64,000 bases of DNA from Gnetum montanum (Eukaryota > Plantae > Gnetophyta), in NCBI GenBank assembly GCA_015680685.1, contig MNCI01000459.1, positions 129,327-193,326 on the forward strand, in the 5' to 3' direction. A program made the position numbers and the translations under genes. The notes beneath the pieces are model-generated. The model was not told the DNA's origin, ran no database searches, and saw only the letters and a program-made list of their open reading frames with translations. Positions 61,483 to 64,000 of the stretch are shown piece by piece (position 1 is the stretch's first letter; every line of letters begins with the position of its first letter).

Positions 61483-64000
61483 ATGAATCCTATCAACGCC
61501 ACTGCTGCCACCGCCCAGGACGTTGGCACATTAGATGCCCTGGCTGCCCAGCAACCTATCGCGCCGCATACGGGAGGTCCATCCACAATGGGGCCCCGTC
61601 GGTCTCTAAGGTTACAAGGGAGAGACCCAGCTGCCAACCTCATAACCCAAGATCAATACAACTTTATTTGCATTAAAATACAAGCCGGCCTGGCAGTAGA
61701 TCAGGCTGAAATGGAGGTAAAGAGACAATTCGAGTTCTTTTATAGAGGAGGACACGAGTTTATCCCCTCCCCATCTGATATAATTCCTGTCCCAGAACAG
61801 TTTTCGGAGCTCTTTACACAACTTCTCTTGCACAGGAGTCAATCATTAGACCAAACTATGGCTGATCCCCCATTGGACGGAGAAGATGAATTCGCTGCCC
61901 AATCGGAGCACGAAGACTCCTACCATACCGTTAGCCCACGCAACAACCTTAATCCTGCTTTCCACCTAGACGTAGGGGAGGCCGTTTCTCTCCAACCCCC
62001 TAGGTCCATCCTGCCCCATGGACCGTTGCAAGAAACATCAACACTAGTCCATATTCCGCCTCAGAATGATCTTCTGCCCAATACATTCCCTGTGGTCATC
62101 ACTCCGGTCACTGTCGCAGCTTCATCCTCGCAGGCACCACCCCCTCACAGCAACATGGGAGTGGTGTTCCCACCCCAAACGATAGGAATGCCACATTTTA
62201 TGCCCGCATCCACCGCTGCACCTTACATCTCGAACCCTCAAACACATGCACCTCCCTTGACCGCTATAACACAATACGGAGCCTCGTCATACAACACAGC
62301 TGGACGATGGCCAATGATGGGCGCTTTGTCCCAGCAAACTTCTTACCAGATGCCACCCCATACAGTCTCGTCAATCAATGTTCCCCCGGTACAACCCCAA
62401 TTACAACAACAACATCAACAATTTCCCTTCAACGTACCCATCGTGCTACCACCTGCCGTTAACTACCCACAGACACAAAAGCCGACTGCCCAGCCCTCGG
62501 CTTTTCAACCTGTGACCCAGCAATCTAGCTGGTACGCAGCCTCACACCCCCAACCGGGAGCTTCACCAAGCGCTCAAGATTGGGCAGAAGCTAAAAAGAT
62601 GATGCAGGAATTGACAGACGAGGTAAAACGTCTCAAAATCGTGACTGATGGGGAAACGAAAGTGATGGATTTCTACAACGACGATCCTATCAGCTCCTCT
62701 GTCCCGCCCTTGGCGTTGCCCAAGGGCGTTCCCCTGCCCACATTAACCAAGTATAACGGGGAAACAGATCCTAATGCCCATCTCATAACCTTCCGGTTGG
62801 AATGTGCCCTGCTCCAGGCTTGGCCCTACGCTGTCCTCCGGGTGTTCCCCATGTCCCTTACAGGAAGGGCGCTCGATTGGTACCGTGCCTTGCCCAGGAA
62901 CTCGATCTGCGCGTTGGATGACCTCATACGTCAGTTCGTGACCCGGTTCAAGTATAACTTGAAGCCCGAACCAACGTTGGATAGCCTCATGCAGATTAAG
63001 CAGGGGCCTCTCGAACCCGTTCAAAAATTTATCCAAAGATGGAGTGCAGCCCTGAACGAGCTTCACGAACCAATCTCCCCATTTTACCTGCTCACAATTT
63101 TAAAAGGAGCCGTCAATGATTTCTTTAAATCAAAACTGTATTACCTCAATGCGCGCGATCTTAATCAGGCGTTCGAACAAATTAAGAATATTGAGGAAGC
63201 AGCCCAAAATAGCCATGACCCAGCCTACACAGCTTTTAAGAATCAACATGCTAAGAAAGACAAAGAAAAGGCTAAAACCACCATAGCGGCCGTAGCAGGG
63301 ACACAACAACAAAAGCCACCGGCGCCACCTGCTAACTATTATCACCCCCAGCCCGCAGCTGCCACACAAGAATCATCATCACAACAGACTCCAACGAACC
63401 GTACGCGAAATTTTGAGAGGAAAGAACCTTCTCAATACACGCCACTGCCGATGAAACCTTCCCAACTATTTGATCAACTCCTAAAAGCTGGGTTGATGAG
63501 TCACAAACAATTATCGCCAGCGGCTATACAAAGACACGATCGATTCTGTTAACTCGTACAAAATCCGAGCCTAGCAACGCCAGATGAGCCTCCCGTACCC
63601 AAAGGGTTCCGAATGGATCGCTTTTGCGACTATCACCAAAGAACAGGTCATGGGACAGATTATTGTTTCACTTTGAAGCAAGACATCCAGCGAATGATTG
63701 ACGAGGGTAGCATCACATTTGACGGGGCTAACCCCGTTCAACCGCAAAATCAAACCATGGGGGTGTACCAAGACCCCCTAAACACCAAAGAGGCTCCATA
63801 CACGATTAGCACTATCTACTGTGATGACGATCCTTTTATGCCATATGTTAATACGATACGCCCCGAGAATAAGGAAATCTCTAACAGGCCATTTGTAGTC
63901 CAAATCCCTCCTGTTGGGCCCGCGCTAACACCACAGACATCCCTTACCCCACAGTGGCCGTACATAGTTCGAGTACCCCCGACTACACTCGCCCCCGATA
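61483..64000 (+). CDS. gag: gag(-protease) ORF of element D, one in-frame TAA at 63550-63552, open to window end
   Basis: 689-aa ORF with capsid-like LTKYNGETDPNAHLITF...LTGRALDWYRALP...FVTRF. The same frame continues after TAA: LVQNPSLA...FCDYHQRTGHGTDYCFTLKQDIQRMIDEG. Confidence 0.93.

Larger units (their letters stand above)
59688..64000 (+). mobile_element. Element D: young Tat-group LTR retrotransposon, continues beyond window
   Basis: LTR, perfect PBS and near-intact gag; CpG-rich; left flank GTAAT is the expected TSD. Confidence 0.95.

Noticed and set aside
63550-63552. Programmed stop-codon readthrough
   Set aside because: The stop lies inside gag before the knuckle, and the three paralogues have sense codons there.
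1-64000. Assigning host species or exact Tat subclade
   Set aside because: Needs RT phylogeny and database comparison; the sequence supports only a land-plant Tat-group assignment.

Overview
This is eukaryotic (land-plant-type) repetitive DNA, made almost entirely of nested Ty3/gypsy LTR retrotransposons of the non-chromovirus Tat group. They have a tRNA-Asn-type PBS TGGCGCTAGAAGGAGGG, TGAAACACC...CA LTRs, and an additional RNase H between RH and INT. No intact host gene, RNA gene or CRISPR array is visible. Element A (-, 1-12032, runs off the left edge) is inserted in the 5' LTR of element B (+, ends 29507). Element C (-, 35041-57562) is complete between ATGTG target-site duplications and carries three nested LTR pieces. 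Element D (+, from 59688, young and CpG-rich) is inserted into an old pol remnant, E. Main observation: in A, B and C, gag-protease is separated from RT-RH-aRH-INT by a long spacer (about 5.3-5.8 kb in A and B, partly deleted in C). That spacer holds an antisense gene with its own TATA-like box and conserved, frame-restoring GT-AG introns. The gene's first coding exon resembles an FCP1/NIF (HAD-fold CTD phosphatase-like) domain, followed by a transposon-protein-like region, an acidic linker and a coiled coil. A conserved splice-acceptor-like site and ATG precede the RT-INT block. Second observation: two copies of another LTR family (TGTTGGCAC... terminus) share ends but carry different internal sequence, one being an NLR-type LRR gene fragment. 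All domain calls come from manual translation and motif recognition; no database search was run.
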